Part shown: one piece after another, positions 50,251-60,666 of the stretch
How positions within the stretch are numbered: the stretch's first letter is position 1
Layout of the letters: each line of letters opens with the position of its first letter
DNA from: Candidatus Latescibacterota bacterium
GTDB lineage: Bacteria > Latescibacterota > UBA2968 > GCA-2709665
Reading direction: 5' to 3'
Length of the DNA stretch: 64,000 nucleotides
Assembly: GCA_965219455.1 (NCBI GenBank)
Contig: OZ244744.1
Coordinates: forward strand, 4,384,001-4,448,000
Position numbers and translations under genes: made by a program
Notes under the pieces: model-generated
The model's input: the letters and a program-made list of their open reading frames with translations, nothing else
Databases searched by the model: none
Told to the model about the DNA's origin: nothing

Positions 50251-50841
50251 TCAAAGAAGCTTGCGTAGCAGTGGGAACACGGAGCGCAGGGCTTTACCCC
50301 GGTGGCTGAGTCTGTTTTTTTCTTCGGGTGGCAGTTCGGCAAACGTACGCCGCATTCCGGGAACCAGAAATAGGGGATCGTAGCCGAATCCGTCCGCTCC
50401 CCGCGGGCTGCACAGGATCAGGCCTTCGGCTCTTCCCTCGGCCGTCTGTACCGAACCGTCGGATGCACCAACGGCAATCACACAGCGGAAACGCGCGGTT
50501 CGTTTTTCATGTGGTGTTTCTCCCAGAAGCCGGAGGAGCTTCCGGTTGTTCTGTTCGTCGGTGGCTTTTTCGCCCGCGAATCGCGCGGAATAGACACCCG
50601 GAGCGCCGCTGAGCGCGTCGACCTCCAGGCCGGAGTCATCGGCCAGGGACACGTGTCCGGTATGGAAGGCTACCGTAAGCGCTTTTTTTATGGCGTTGGC
50701 CTCGAAGGTCGTGCCGTCCTCCACAATATCCCCGACGCCAGGGAAGTCGGTCAGAGAACTGACCTTGACTTCCGAACCCAGTATTTCCCGGATCTCTCTG
50801 AGCTTGCCGGGATTTTTTGTGGCGACCACCAGACACGACAT
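50251..50841 (-). CDS. rdgB: Non-canonical purine NTP pyrophosphatase (RdgB/HAM1)
   Basis: ATKNPGKLRE, ADDSGLEVDAL.GAPGVYSARF, GFGYDPLF, EKNRLSHRGKA. Confidence 0.95.
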   Translation of the reverse strand: MSCLVVATKNPGKLREIREILGSEVKVSSLTDFPGVGDIVEDGTTFEANAIKKALTVAFHTGHVSLADDSGLEVDALSGAPGVYSARFAGEKATDEQNNRKLLRLLGETPHEKRTARFRCVIAVGASDGSVQTAEGRAEGLILCSPRGADGFGYDPLFLVPGMRRTFAELPPEEKNRLSHRGKALRSVFPLLRKLL

Positions 50842-50935
50842 AAGAAGCCTGCAAATGACGGTTAATCCTGTGGAACCGGTAAAGCGAATTTGCGGTTGAA
50901 GAACTCGCCCTCATTTTCGATCCCTGAACCGGATC

Positions 50936-51829
50936 TCAAATTTCAATTTCCTTCCTGTCGTGTTCTCTGAAGTCCTGCGCCTGGATGCGGATGATATAAC
51001 ACATTTCGATAAACCTCGAATAGAGCCTGCCCTCCGCCAGGTCTTTCACGTTTTCAATACCCTGGTTGGTGGTTACAATCGTAAAGCGCCGGTTGGCATA
51101 TCTTGTATCCACCAGGTTGTAGAGCATTTCCAGCTCCCATTCCGTATTCCGCTGCACGCCAAAGTCGTCGATGACCAGGAACGGGACGTTGCCGAGCGTT
51201 CGCAAAAAGGCCTCGGATTTACCGTGCATCGGACTGTTCTCGTCGAACGCAAACCGCAGCGTCTGGAAGAATGCTTTTGACAGGCCGATGAATCTTCCGG
51301 GACGCCCCGAGTTGAAGATAAGTTCGTTGAGCGCGACATAGGCGAAGTAGGTTTTACCCACCCCGGGTTTGCCCGACAGAAAGTATCCTCTTATCGGTTG
51401 GGGGGCACTTCCTCGTGCGACGGGCTCGCGCAGAACGTTCAACTTGCGGGCTTCTTCTTTCAGGGTTCCCAGGTAGCGTTTGAGCTGGTCTGCACCCCCG
51501 ATCGGTTTCCCTTCATAACTTTCGTAGAAATTGTGCAGGAATCTGTATCGAAACTGACGGGGGATGCCGGAGTTCCTGATCAGCCGGTTGATCTCGTTTA
51601 TCTTCAGCCGGTAGCGTCGACACTGGCACCAGGCCGGTTCGGTATCCGGCCGTTGAAAAATCTGATAAGGAGGCTTGCCGCCACAACGGCAATGTCTTTC
51701 GACCCTGGGTGAGAGTTTGATTTCGCCGTGCAGTCCGGCCGTAACCCGGGGATCATAATAGTATCCCGGATCGCTGCCGGGTAGGTCGATCCGCAAAGGT
51801 GGATCAGTTTTGTGTGAGTTGTCGTTCAT
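50936..51829 (-). CDS. DnaC/IstB-like AAA+ ATPase with N-terminal Cys cluster
   Basis: GKPGVGKT Walker A, LVIDDFG Walker B, TIVTTN, RLYSRF; CRC...CQC. Confidence 0.8.
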   Translation of the reverse strand: MNDNSHKTDPPLRIDLPGSDPGYYYDPRVTAGLHGEIKLSPRVERHCRCGGKPPYQIFQRPDTEPAWCQCRRYRLKINEINRLIRNSGIPRQFRYRFLHNFYESYEGKPIGGADQLKRYLGTLKEEARKLNVLREPVARGSAPQPIRGYFLSGKPGVGKTYFAYVALNELIFNSGRPGRFIGLSKAFFQTLRFAFDENSPMHGKSEAFLRTLGNVPFLVIDDFGVQRNTEWELEMLYNLVDTRYANRRFTIVTTNQGIENVKDLAEGRLYSRFIEMCYIIRIQAQDFREHDRKEIEI

Positions 51830-52808
51830 ATCGGCGTTTGAAATTTTGAATACCGCTGAAGATGGCTTCGGCCATTTCACTCTGAAACGTCCGTTTCTGC
51901 ATCTGACTTTCTTCGCCGGGGTTGGAGATAAAGCCCATTTCCACCAGTACCGAAGGCATGTGCCCCATCGTGCCTCTCATCACGTAGAAGTTGGCCTGCC
52001 GTACGCCGCGGTCGGGCAATGGCCTCAGGCTCTTGACGACGACGCGGCGAATTTCGGCCGCCAGATCCTGGCTTTCTTTCAGAAACTGCGTGGAAAGAAG
52101 GCCGAACTGGATACCTTCGATTTCATCCATGGCCGCCGATTCATCCTGTTCTTCCAGGCGAAGGACGGCGTTTTCCCGCCGTGCCACTTCGGCGGCTTCG
52201 TCAGTTTTGGCTTCAGAGAGAAAGTAGACCTCAAAACCGCGCGCCCGGCGACTCCTGCTCGCGTTGCAGTGAAGGCTGACAATGTCCTTTTCCCTCGTGC
52301 CGCGTTTGCCCAGGGCGCCCGGATCCCTGCCGCCGTGCCCGGGGTCTATAATGATGGTGTCGATCGTCCAGCGTTCGGGGTCGACTTTCGCCCGCGGTAC
52401 CGGTGTTCGTGGAATAGGCTGCCGTGTTTCGCGAACCGACGCTCGGACAGCCTGGACCGGTTTTTCAACCGGTGTAATCCGAGGATAACCGGGAAGGGTT
52501 CGCGCCAGCAACGGCAGAATCGCATCAGACGGCACGTATAGAGCCTCGCTGCCGTGGTATCGCGTTTCCAGCGGCAGTCTGTACCCGACGTCGTTTACGG
52601 TAACAACGGAGGAAAACGGGGTGAAGACAGTCAAATCGCCACCCTTCCGCAAGCCAATTTTCCCCTTCGATGGATAGGGATGGAGCCGGCCGCCCAATAT
52701 CTCGGCCAGGTCATCGAGTGACACGTACGCGTTCCCGCCTATTCTCGACGCGGGAATGAGTACGGCCGCGTCGGCGTTATCCGCGTTCGCGGAAGAATGG
52801 TGACACAT
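51804..52808 (-). CDS. N-acetylmuramoyl-L-alanine amidase (Amidase_3) with apparent in-frame internal deletion; possibly non-functional
   Basis: IIIDPGHGGRDPGA..EKDI joined directly to VSLHCNAS; GFEVY, MPSVLVEMGFISN. Confidence 0.8.
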   Translation of the reverse strand: MCHHSSANADNADAAVLIPASRIGGNAYVSLDDLAEILGGRLHPYPSKGKIGLRKGGDLTVFTPFSSVVTVNDVGYRLPLETRYHGSEALYVPSDAILPLLARTLPGYPRITPVEKPVQAVRASVRETRQPIPRTPVPRAKVDPERWTIDTIIIDPGHGGRDPGALGKRGTREKDIVSLHCNASRSRRARGFEVYFLSEAKTDEAAEVARRENAVLRLEEQDESAAMDEIEGIQFGLLSTQFLKESQDLAAEIRRVVVKSLRPLPDRGVRQANFYVMRGTMGHMPSVLVEMGFISNPGEESQMQKRTFQSEMAEAIFSGIQNFKRRYERQLTQN

Positions 52809-53282
52809 CTAAACTCCGGATCCCGTTTGCCGTAGCTTGAGTTCTCGCCGCATTTCACGTTGAGCGTCGCGTTTGGCGATGTCGCGACGCCGGTCGTATT
52901 CGCGTTTGCCCTTGGCAAGAGCCAGTTCAACCTTGGCTCTGCCGCGTTTGAAATAGAGCTTCAGAGCAACAAGCGTAAGTCCCTTTTCTTCTGTTCGGAC
53001 CCTCAGCCGGTTAATTTCGTATCTGTGCAGCAACAGCCGGCGTTTGCGAACCGGATCATGATTGAAGCGGTTGGCCTCGGTGTATTCATCGATGTGGAGG
53101 TTGTGCAGGAAAACCTCATTGTTTTCCACACGGGCATAACAGTCTGCCATATTTGCGTTGCCAAGGCGCAGTGATTTAACCTCCGTGCCTTTGAGTTCGA
53201 CGCCGGCTTCGTAGGTGTCGACAAGAAAATAATCCCGCCTGGCTTTGCGGTTCTGAACAATGATTTTGATGTTCTCGGACAT
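52809..53282 (-). CDS. smpB: SsrA-binding protein
   Basis: NRKARRDY, EAGVELKGTEVKSLR, RKRRLLLH, LAKGKREYDRR. Confidence 0.97.
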   Translation of the reverse strand: MSENIKIIVQNRKARRDYFLVDTYEAGVELKGTEVKSLRLGNANMADCYARVENNEVFLHNLHIDEYTEANRFNHDPVRKRRLLLHRYEINRLRVRTEEKGLTLVALKLYFKRGRAKVELALAKGKREYDRRRDIAKRDAQREMRRELKLRQTGSGV

Positions 53283-53502
53283 GACTTGAGTACGGCGGCG
53301 GACGAGGGTTCCCCTGAATCGTAGAACGCGTGGAAGCTTGGCAGTCGGTGATCCTGCATGGGCGGAGATACAGGCATTTGCCCCGATCCGGTACAGGATG
53401 CGGAATTTGTCCGGAGCCGAATTCCGGATACACGGCCGTCTTGCAGCTCGCCGGAAGACAAGCGCCGACATTTGGCCGAGGTTTCAGAACCAAACGAATC
53501 GG

Positions 53503-54363
53503 TTACTCCTGCAGCGGAGAATGCTTTAGGAGAATCCGAACCAGGCGATCGAGGGTGTCGACCTTTCGTGCATCCTTTTGATTTCGGTAGGCGGGACAGA
53601 GGTTTAACATCATGCGGGTGAGAATTTGCCGGTCGGATGATTGGCGCAGCATGGATGGCTCAAACTCCACGCCGAACCGGGAGAGATATTCCTTGCATTC
53701 ATTCGCCGTTAAGAGCTGACCCTTATTGCAGGGGTCGAAAAGGAACTCCATGCCGTCTGGTGTCTTGTACTTGGCAATAAAGTGAAAGGGCATCCCGACG
53801 CCGAGTATTGGCAGATCGAGCCTGCGGCCCAGAAAAATAAAGAGCGCCGATATGGAGATGGGCAGACCCGTCTTGCGTTCCAGAACCCGGTTCATGTAAC
53901 TGGCGGCAGGAACGATCGGTTCGTTTCTTTGCCCCCGGAATCCTTTTGTTTCGAAAAGGTAGTGGTTCAGGGTCTGGATAATTCTGAGCGGATGGTCGTC
54001 GGGGGCAATGGAGGGGGCCAGATCTTCGGCCATCTTGTTGAGCTGACTTCTGTAAAGTTGAATGTCGAGAGTCGGATATTCTAGCCTGGCCAGGGTAAAC
54101 GACGCTGTTTCCAGATCGATGTCGCCGGTAGGGCCCTCCTGTAGATCTCGGATCTGCGTTTCCAGCGGGGGTTCCTTGAGGCACAACAGGATCCGGCCCG
54201 CTTCCCGTTGCGCTGGCGAACCCCGCGGCGCGGCATCGAGGATCTTTCGGACAACCGGCTCGCCCATTGTGAACAGCTTGCCCCGCACGACGTCCACGAT
54301 ATCGGCGTCACGGTCGGCCAGAAGCGAGAGAATGGCCTGCACCTGTTTTACGCTTACATTCAT
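53503..54363 (-). CDS. Transglutaminase-like SirB1 family protein
   Basis: LNHYLF...[43 protein letters not shown]. Confidence 0.8.
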   Translation of the reverse strand: MNVSVKQVQAILSLLADRDADIVDVVRGKLFTMGEPVVRKILDAAPRGSPAQREAGRILLCLKEPPLETQIRDLQEGPTGDIDLETASFTLARLEYPTLDIQLYRSQLNKMAEDLAPSIAPDDHPLRIIQTLNHYLFETKGFRGQRNEPIVPAASYMNRVLERKTGLPISISALFIFLGRRLDLPILGVGMPFHFIAKYKTPDGMEFLFDPCNKGQLLTANECKEYLSRFGVEFEPSMLRQSSDRQILTRMMLNLCPAYRNQKDARKVDTLDRLVRILLKHSPLQE

Positions 54364-56240
54364 GCCGCGCCCCGCGCCCGGGCTCTAAGGATGACCATCA
54401 GGGCCGAGATGTCCGCAGGTGAAACACCCGGAATTCGAGAAGCCTGGCCCAGGGAGCGCGGGCGTACACGCGAAAGCTTTTCGGCGGCCTCACGGGAGAT
54501 GGCGGGAAGGTCCAGGTAATCGATATTTTCGGGAAGGCGCTTTCCTTCCAGATCCTGAAACCTGGCCACCTGCGCCTTCTGGCGTTGGATATAACCTTCG
54601 TATTTGAGTTCGACTTCAACGGATTGACATACATCTTGAGGTAGCGGTTCCGGAGGCGGCGCCACTTCCTGCACAAACCGGTAATCGAGTTGGGGTCTGC
54701 GCAACAGATCGATCAGAGGTGCGGACTGCGTGAGAGGGGACGTGCCCGCTTCGCGAAGGTACTCCTGAACCCGGCTTGAGGGCGTGATTTTTACCTTTCT
54801 CAGTCGGTTCTGTTCGGCGACGATCGCTGCCGCGCGCCGCTTGAATGACACGTAGGCGCCGTCTGAAATCAGCCCGATCCTGCGGCCGATTTCGGTCAGG
54901 CGCAGGTCGGCGTTGTCGTGCCGCAACAACAGACGGTATTCCGCCAATGCGGTAAACATCCGGTACGGCTCGTCGGTACCCTTCGTTGTGAGATCGTCAA
55001 TCAGTACGCCGATATAAGCCTGGGCGCGGTCCAGAATGAGCGCGTCCTCGTTCCGGACCTGCAATGCGGCATTGATGCCCGCAATCAGGCCCTGTCCAGC
55101 CGCTTCTTCGTAGCCCGTGGTGCCATTGATTTGTCCCGCGAAAAACAGGCCGCGGACCGGTTTGGTTTCCAGGGTGGGAAGGATCTGGGTTGGAGGCACA
55201 TAGTCGTATTCAACGGCATAACCTGGCCGCATGATTTCCGCGTTTTTAAGGCCGGGAACGCTGCGGACAACCTCGACCTGAACGTCTTCAGGCAGGCTCA
55301 TTGACAGACCGTTGAGGTAGACTTCGCGGGTGTGGTAGCCTTCCGGCTCCACAAAGAGCTGGTGCTTCTGCCTGTCTGCAAATTTGACGATCTTGTCTTC
55401 GATCGAAGGGCAATACCGTGGACCCACTGACTGGATACGGCCGCTGTACATTGCCGAACGGTCCAGGTTCCGACGAATGATCTCGTGGGTTTCCGGCGTG
55501 GTGTAGGTGATGTGGCAGTTGAGCTGTTCCTGTGTGATGGCCGCGGTGCGGTAGGAGAAGGGGCACGGTTGCTCGTCTCCTGGCTGGATATCCATCAGAC
55601 GGTAGTCGACGCTGCGGGAATTGATCCGCGGCGGCGTGCCTGTTTTCAACCTTCCCAGTTCAAACCCCAACCGCCGCAGGCCGCCGGATGCCCGTTCGGC
55701 GGATTGCTCGCCGGCGCGCCCTGCACTGTAAGACCGGTCACCCACGTGGATGAGGCCCCTGAGAAAAGTGCCGGTGGTCAGGATGACCGTCTGACCCGGG
55801 AAGATCGTACCGGATTTGGTGATGATGCCCCTGATTCGCCCGTCGTCAACCACCAGATCTTCGATCAGGCCCTGCTTGAGGTCCAGGTTCGGTTGGCTTT
55901 CAACGACATATTTCATGCGAAATTGATACGCTTTTTTGTCGGCCTGTGCCCGGAGGGCTTGCACTGCCGGACCCTTGCTCCGGTTGAGCAGACGGAATTG
56001 CAGTCCCGTTGCATCGATGTTCTGCGCCATTTCGCCGCCCAACGCATCAATTTCGCGGACCATGTGGCCTTTGGCAATGCCGCCCACCGCGGGATTGCAG
56101 GACATCTGGGCGACCGTGTCCAGATTCATCGTCAGCAGCAGGGTCTTGCACCCCATGCGGGCGCCCGCAAGGGCGGCCTCGGCTCCAGCGTGCCCAGCGC
56201 CCACAACAATGATATCGTAGTGTTTATCGTAGGTCCACAT
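54360..56240 (-). CDS. mnmG: tRNA uridine-5-carboxymethylaminomethyl(34) synthesis enzyme MnmG (GidA)
   Basis: [55 protein letters not shown]. Confidence 0.98.
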   Translation of the reverse strand: MWTYDKHYDIIVVGAGHAGAEAALAGARMGCKTLLLTMNLDTVAQMSCNPAVGGIAKGHMVREIDALGGEMAQNIDATGLQFRLLNRSKGPAVQALRAQADKKAYQFRMKYVVESQPNLDLKQGLIEDLVVDDGRIRGIITKSGTIFPGQTVILTTGTFLRGLIHVGDRSYSAGRAGEQSAERASGGLRRLGFELGRLKTGTPPRINSRSVDYRLMDIQPGDEQPCPFSYRTAAITQEQLNCHITYTTPETHEIIRRNLDRSAMYSGRIQSVGPRYCPSIEDKIVKFADRQKHQLFVEPEGYHTREVYLNGLSMSLPEDVQVEVVRSVPGLKNAEIMRPGYAVEYDYVPPTQILPTLETKPVRGLFFAGQINGTTGYEEAAGQGLIAGINAALQVRNEDALILDRAQAYIGVLIDDLTTKGTDEPYRMFTALAEYRLLLRHDNADLRLTEIGRRIGLISDGAYVSFKRRAAAIVAEQNRLRKVKITPSSRVQEYLREAGTSPLTQSAPLIDLLRRPQLDYRFVQEVAPPPEPLPQDVCQSVEVELKYEGYIQRQKAQVARFQDLEGKRLPENIDYLDLPAISREAAEKLSRVRPRSLGQASRIPGVSPADISALMVILRARARGAA

Positions 56241-56260
56241 AGGTTGAGAAAGGTGTCGCG

Positions 56261-57274
56261 TCAGTCGCTTACAAGCACACTTGATCTGTCCTCTGTTTTC
56301 CTCTTCTCTTCGACTTCAAATCCCATATCCTCGATCAGACGATGGGTTTCCGAAGTGGATTGCCCCCCGGTAGTCAGATAGCCTTCCATAAAGACGGAGT
56401 TCGCCGGATAGAGGGCCAGGGCCTGAAGGGATCGGAGCGTGTGTTCCCGCCCACCCGCGATACGGATTTCTTTATTCGGGTTGACAAAGCGGAACAGGCA
56501 AAGGGCCTTCAGGCCATCCTGCGGCGTCATCGGTCTACGCCCGGCGAGGGGCGTGCCTTCTACGGGATGTAGAAAGTTGACCGGGATCGAATCGATGTCG
56601 AGTTCCCGGACGGCCACGGCCAGGTCGACGATGTCCTGCCGGGATTCTCCCATGCCGATGATTCCCCCGCAACAGGTCTCGAGACCGGCGGCCTTGACGG
56701 CCTTAATGGTATTCAACCGGTCCGAATAGGTGTGGGTGGTACAGATGTTACCATGGTGCCGGGCGCTGGTGTTGAGGTTGTGATTGATCCGGTCGACACC
56801 GGCTGCTTTCAACGTTCTGGCCCGCGCTTCGTCCAGCAGCCCCATGCAGCAGCAAATGTCGATATCGACGTCTTGTTTGACTTCACGCACGATATCGGCA
56901 ACGGTTTCCACTTCTCTGGCGGTGGGTCCTCTTCCGCTGGTGACGATGCAATAGCGCAGAGCCCTTCCCGCCTTGGCCTTTCTGGCGCCGTCGAGGATTT
57001 GTTCACGTGGCAACAGCGGATATTTGCTGATGTCAGCGGTGGACACGGCAGATTGGGAACAGTAGGCGCAATCTTCCGGACACAGTCCGCTCTTGGCATT
57101 CTGCAACACGTGCAGGCGCACCTTGTTTCCAAAATAACGGTGGCGAACCCGATAGGCCGCGTGGATCAGCTGGAGCAGGTCGTCGTTCGGCGTATCGAGA
57201 ACCGCCAGCATTTCCTGTTCGGTTAAGCATTTGTTTTGCAGCGCTTTGTGTTTAAGGATCGAGTAGTCCTTCAT
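56261..57274 (-). CDS. bioB: Biotin synthase
   Basis: [15 protein letters not shown] radical-SAM motif, [31 protein letters not shown]. Confidence 0.96.
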   Translation of the reverse strand: MKDYSILKHKALQNKCLTEQEMLAVLDTPNDDLLQLIHAAYRVRHRYFGNKVRLHVLQNAKSGLCPEDCAYCSQSAVSTADISKYPLLPREQILDGARKAKAGRALRYCIVTSGRGPTAREVETVADIVREVKQDVDIDICCCMGLLDEARARTLKAAGVDRINHNLNTSARHHGNICTTHTYSDRLNTIKAVKAAGLETCCGGIIGMGESRQDIVDLAVAVRELDIDSIPVNFLHPVEGTPLAGRRPMTPQDGLKALCLFRFVNPNKEIRIAGGREHTLRSLQALALYPANSVFMEGYLTTGGQSTSETHRLIEDMGFEVEEKRKTEDRSSVLVSD

Positions 57275-57316
57275 TCGAAATCAAGCTCCCACTGGAGTGA
57301 TGTCGGTGTCACCACA

Positions 57317-57838
57317 TTACCGGTAGATGGCGAGGCCCAGAACCGCCGTACCGACGATCGCGACGGCCGGATGAAGGTTCAGGAAATGGATGGCGACAAA
57401 AGCCGCCAGGGCGATCAGGCCCGTGTGCCATGAAGTCACTGACTTGGGCGCCATTTGCCAGACCACCACGAGAAGGAGGCCGACAACCGCCGGCCGAACG
57501 GCTTTGAGCATTGCCTGGACGGCTGGCGCGCCCTTATACGCCATGAAGAACAGGCCCAGAGTCATCATCAGGATGAGGGAGGGAAAGACCGTGCCCAGAA
57601 GGGCGACGATCAGGCCCGGGGTCTGTGCGACCTGGTAACCGATGTAGGCGGCCATTTTTGTGGCAATAGGACCGGGAAGGGCATAACCCATCGCGAGAGC
57701 GTCGGTAAACTCCTCGATGGTCATCCAGCCGTGTACGTCAACGACTTCCTCCTGGACCAGCGGGATCATGGATGGCCCGCCCCCGTAAGCGAATATGCCC
57801 ACCTTTGTAAATGAGATAAATAGCTTGATGAGTTCCAC
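57317..57838 (-). CDS. Chromate transporter (short single-domain ChrA family)
   Basis: FTKVGIFAYGGG, ALPGPIAT, AVRPAVVGLL; GGGAGG RBS before GTG. Confidence 0.85.
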   Translation of the reverse strand: MELIKLFISFTKVGIFAYGGGPSMIPLVQEEVVDVHGWMTIEEFTDALAMGYALPGPIATKMAAYIGYQVAQTPGLIVALLGTVFPSLILMMTLGLFFMAYKGAPAVQAMLKAVRPAVVGLLLVVVWQMAPKSVTSWHTGLIALAAFVAIHFLNLHPAVAIVGTAVLGLAIYR

Positions 57839-58393
57839 AACCGCCTCCCGGAGCGGATAGGGCAGATAAGAGATTGAGCCTGAAACGGCATGGAATATAG
57901 CATATCGCCCATATTCGCACAAGGCAATTTCAGGACAATTTCGCCCCGGCGGTCGGCCGTCGACGCGAAACGATTGCAGCGGAATATGTATCCGTGCAGG
58001 GTTCAAAAGCACCTCTTCGAACGCTGTATCGATGGGGATTCCGGCAGACTGCAGGTTCCAAGCGCCGAAAAAAACACCGTGTTGCGAGAGGTGGAAGAAG
58101 CTTTTGCCTGGGATCGCGATCTGAGACTCGGTCAATTCGGCAGAATATGGAATCCGGCCGGCGAAAGCCGAGATTTAATGGCATATTTTCGCAGAGTTTT
58201 TTTACATTATATACTGTGGATCCGGCGTTCGAATTGGGCAATGTCCGCACGAGACCATTTGGCGGCAGTGGAACGGAGCGGAGTGGAATTTCACATTGTC
58301 GTGCGGCCATGGCGCGGCCATCATTTGGCGCCGTGTCGAAATGCAACCCCTCCAACGGCGAGGAACGCGACCCACGGGCGCATTGTCGCGGCC

Positions 58394-58422
58394 TTGACAA
58401 GCTCCGGGCTTTTTCCTATACT
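58394..58422 (+). promoter_or_regulatory. Sigma70-type promoter for the TPR-efp-accB-accC genes
   Basis: TTGACA (58394-58399), 17-bp spacer, TATACT (58417-58422). Confidence 0.75.
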
Positions 58423-58434
58423 TCCCTCCGGTTT

Positions 58435-58545
58435 AGTGTTCTGTCCCGGAAATAGATTGCCGAAATTCGGCCGCCGAGTCGCCCGGCTGGCAAGGTGTCT
58501 GAGCGAGGCGGGATGAATGGTAACCTATTTCTGGGATGGGACACT
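58435..58545. mobile_element. MITE family B, stand-alone copy
   Basis: Imperfect TIR agtgttctgtcccggaaatag / ctatttctgggatgggacact; homologous to 32691-32842. Confidence 0.8.
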
Positions 58546-58563
58546 GGACGGGGTGGAGAGACG

Positions 58564-59316
58564 ATGCAGTCGACATCTCTTGCAAAGCTTGAGAGAATCT
58601 GCAGCAGGAATCCTACGTCTATCCTGTTTGCGCGATTCGCCGATGAGATGCTGCGATCGGGCAACGTCGACAGGGCAACGGAGATCTGTCGGAAGGGCCT
58701 CAGATATCGCCCATTTTACCCGACCGGCCATCTCGTCATGGGCAGATGCCACATCGCGGCCGGCCGGTTGGAAGAGGCCCGCCAGGCGTTTCACGACACG
58801 CTTGCGCTGGACCACGACAATCCGGCGGCCTACTGGCTGCTCGGCAAGATCGAAAGAAGGATGGGCTTCGAGGAACAGGCGCTGCAGTTTTTCGGGTGTG
58901 CCCGCACGGTCGATCCATTGAGCCGGGTGCTGGTTTCCGAGATGGGCGACGTTGCCCAGGCGGAAGACGAACCGGCCTCCGAATCCGGGTCCGGCGATAA
59001 GCCGGAGCCCCTGGCGTCTGATGAAACCTCCTCAATAGACGATGCCCGGGCGGAACCTAAGGATATTTCCCTTCTGCTTAGGGACCTTCCGGACCAACGT
59101 AGCACTCGCAAGGATGCGGCCGCGATTTCCGAATCCGACTCCGGAATTGCGCCAATTGCAACCTCGACCCTTGCCGAGCTGTACGTGGCGCAAGGACTGA
59201 TAGAGGAAGCGGTGGCTGTCCTGGCGCAGGTCTGCGAACGTGAACCCGAGAATGAGCCGTTGAAAAAGCGGTTAAACGAAATTCAGCACATGGATGGAAT
59301 GTGCGCGGAAGGATAA
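58564..59316 (+). CDS. Tetratricopeptide repeat protein
   Basis: N-terminal TPR helices, acidic linker, C-terminal ATSTLAELYVAQG motif. Confidence 0.8.
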   Translation: MQSTSLAKLERICSRNPTSILFARFADEMLRSGNVDRATEICRKGLRYRPFYPTGHLVMGRCHIAAGRLEEARQAFHDTLALDHDNPAAYWLLGKIERRMGFEEQALQFFGCARTVDPLSRVLVSEMGDVAQAEDEPASESGSGDKPEPLASDETSSIDDARAEPKDISLLLRDLPDQRSTRKDAAAISESDSGIAPIATSTLAELYVAQGLIEEAVAVLAQVCEREPENEPLKKRLNEIQHMDGMCAEG

Positions 59317-59325
59317 TTCCGAACG

Positions 59326-59883
59326 ATGGTTTCGACGTCTGAGTTCAGAAATGGTATGGTGTTGCGCCTGGACGGCGATCTCTACTTTATGGTAGAATTC
59401 GAGCACTTTAAACCCGGCAAAGGCGCGGCCGTCGTGCGTACCCGTCTCAAAGGTGTAAAGACGGGCGCAATGATAGACCGGACGTTCCGTTCCGGCGACA
59501 AGGTGGACGATGTTCGGCTGGAACGGCGGAAGATGCAATTCCTTTACAAGTCCGGCGATTTGTACTGTTTTATGGATAATGAGACATACGATCAGTATGA
59601 ACTGTCTCCGGAGGTGATGGGAAACGCGGTCAAGTATTTGAAAGAGAACGAGATTCTGGAAATCCTGGTCGCTGAGCAAAACGCCGTGAGCGTGGCGTTG
59701 CCAATTTTTGTCGAACTGGCGGTAACGGAGACGGATCCCGGGCTGCGGGGAGACACCGCCAGTGGCGGAAGCAAACCGGCGGTGGTGGAAACAGGAGCTT
59801 CGGTCCAGGTGCCTCTTTTTGTAGAACGTGGCGACGTTTTAAAAATAGATACGCGAACGGAAACGTACGTAGAACGAATCTGA
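59326..59883 (+). CDS. efp: Elongation factor P
   Basis: HFKPGKGAAVVRTRLK, TDPGLRGDTASGGSKPA, VQVPLFV. Confidence 0.97.
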   Translation: MVSTSEFRNGMVLRLDGDLYFMVEFEHFKPGKGAAVVRTRLKGVKTGAMIDRTFRSGDKVDDVRLERRKMQFLYKSGDLYCFMDNETYDQYELSPEVMGNAVKYLKENEILEILVAEQNAVSVALPIFVELAVTETDPGLRGDTASGGSKPAVVETGASVQVPLFVERGDVLKIDTRTETYVERI

Positions 59884-59974
59884 TTGAGAATCGTCGGGAA
59901 TCGGGCTCGGGGGCAATTCGGAAGGCACGCCCCGGTCCCTTACTACCGGTCGTCGTTTTTCCGAAGGAGCGCGC

Positions 59975-60448
59975 GTGAAACTCTCCAAAAACATAGTGGA
60001 GACCCTTCAGCAGCTGATCGAGCTGGTCGGCGAAGACCAGGTCCGGGAGATTGAAATCGAGCGCGGCATTCTGGGGCTTCGAAAAATACGTGTCGCCGCC
60101 GGCATCGATGCAGCCGCGGTTCATCCGGTCGCTCAGGTTCACACCGCTTCGCAGCCGGCCAATGCCGACGAAACGCCCGCTACCACCGAACCGGACGAGA
60201 CAGAAGGCTTGCACAGCGTTTATTCGCCCATGGTAGGCATGTTCTATCGTGCGCCGAACCCGGAGTCGCCGCCCTTTGCGGAGGAGGGGGATGTCGTGTC
60301 AGTCGGACAGACCCTGTGCATAATCGAAGCCATGAAAATCATGAACGAAATCGAAGCGGATGCAAAGGGTCGGGTGGTTCGAGTCCTTGTTGAGAATGGC
60401 AATCCGGTCGAGTACAATACACCTCTTTTCCTCATAGAACCGCTATAA
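59975..60448 (+). CDS. accB: Acetyl-CoA carboxylase biotin carboxyl carrier protein
   Basis: SPMVGMFYRAP and IIEAMKIMNEIEA biotinylation motif. Confidence 0.95.
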   Translation: MKLSKNIVETLQQLIELVGEDQVREIEIERGILGLRKIRVAAGIDAAAVHPVAQVHTASQPANADETPATTEPDETEGLHSVYSPMVGMFYRAPNPESPPFAEEGDVVSVGQTLCIIEAMKIMNEIEADAKGRVVRVLVENGNPVEYNTPLFLIEPL

Positions 60449-60666
60449 GAAGCTGTTTTGAAATTCCCGGTGAGTTCCAGAGCGCGAGCGAAAAAGTGGC
60501 GGTCAAGGCGGGAGAATTCGCCCATATTTACAGATATGGGTGGATTTGACCAACGCCGACCGGCGCTTTTGCAGCCGCGCGAAGACCGCCGGGGATTTTA
60601 AAACAGCTTCTAAGGCGCTTCTTTCACCCGTGCGGCGGTTCCGGCCGCCGTCCCACCGAATCAGTC

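Noticed and set aside
53283-53502. tmRNA or prophage attachment site near smpB
   Set aside because: No tRNA-like ends, tag reading frame or integrase; only weak palindromes.
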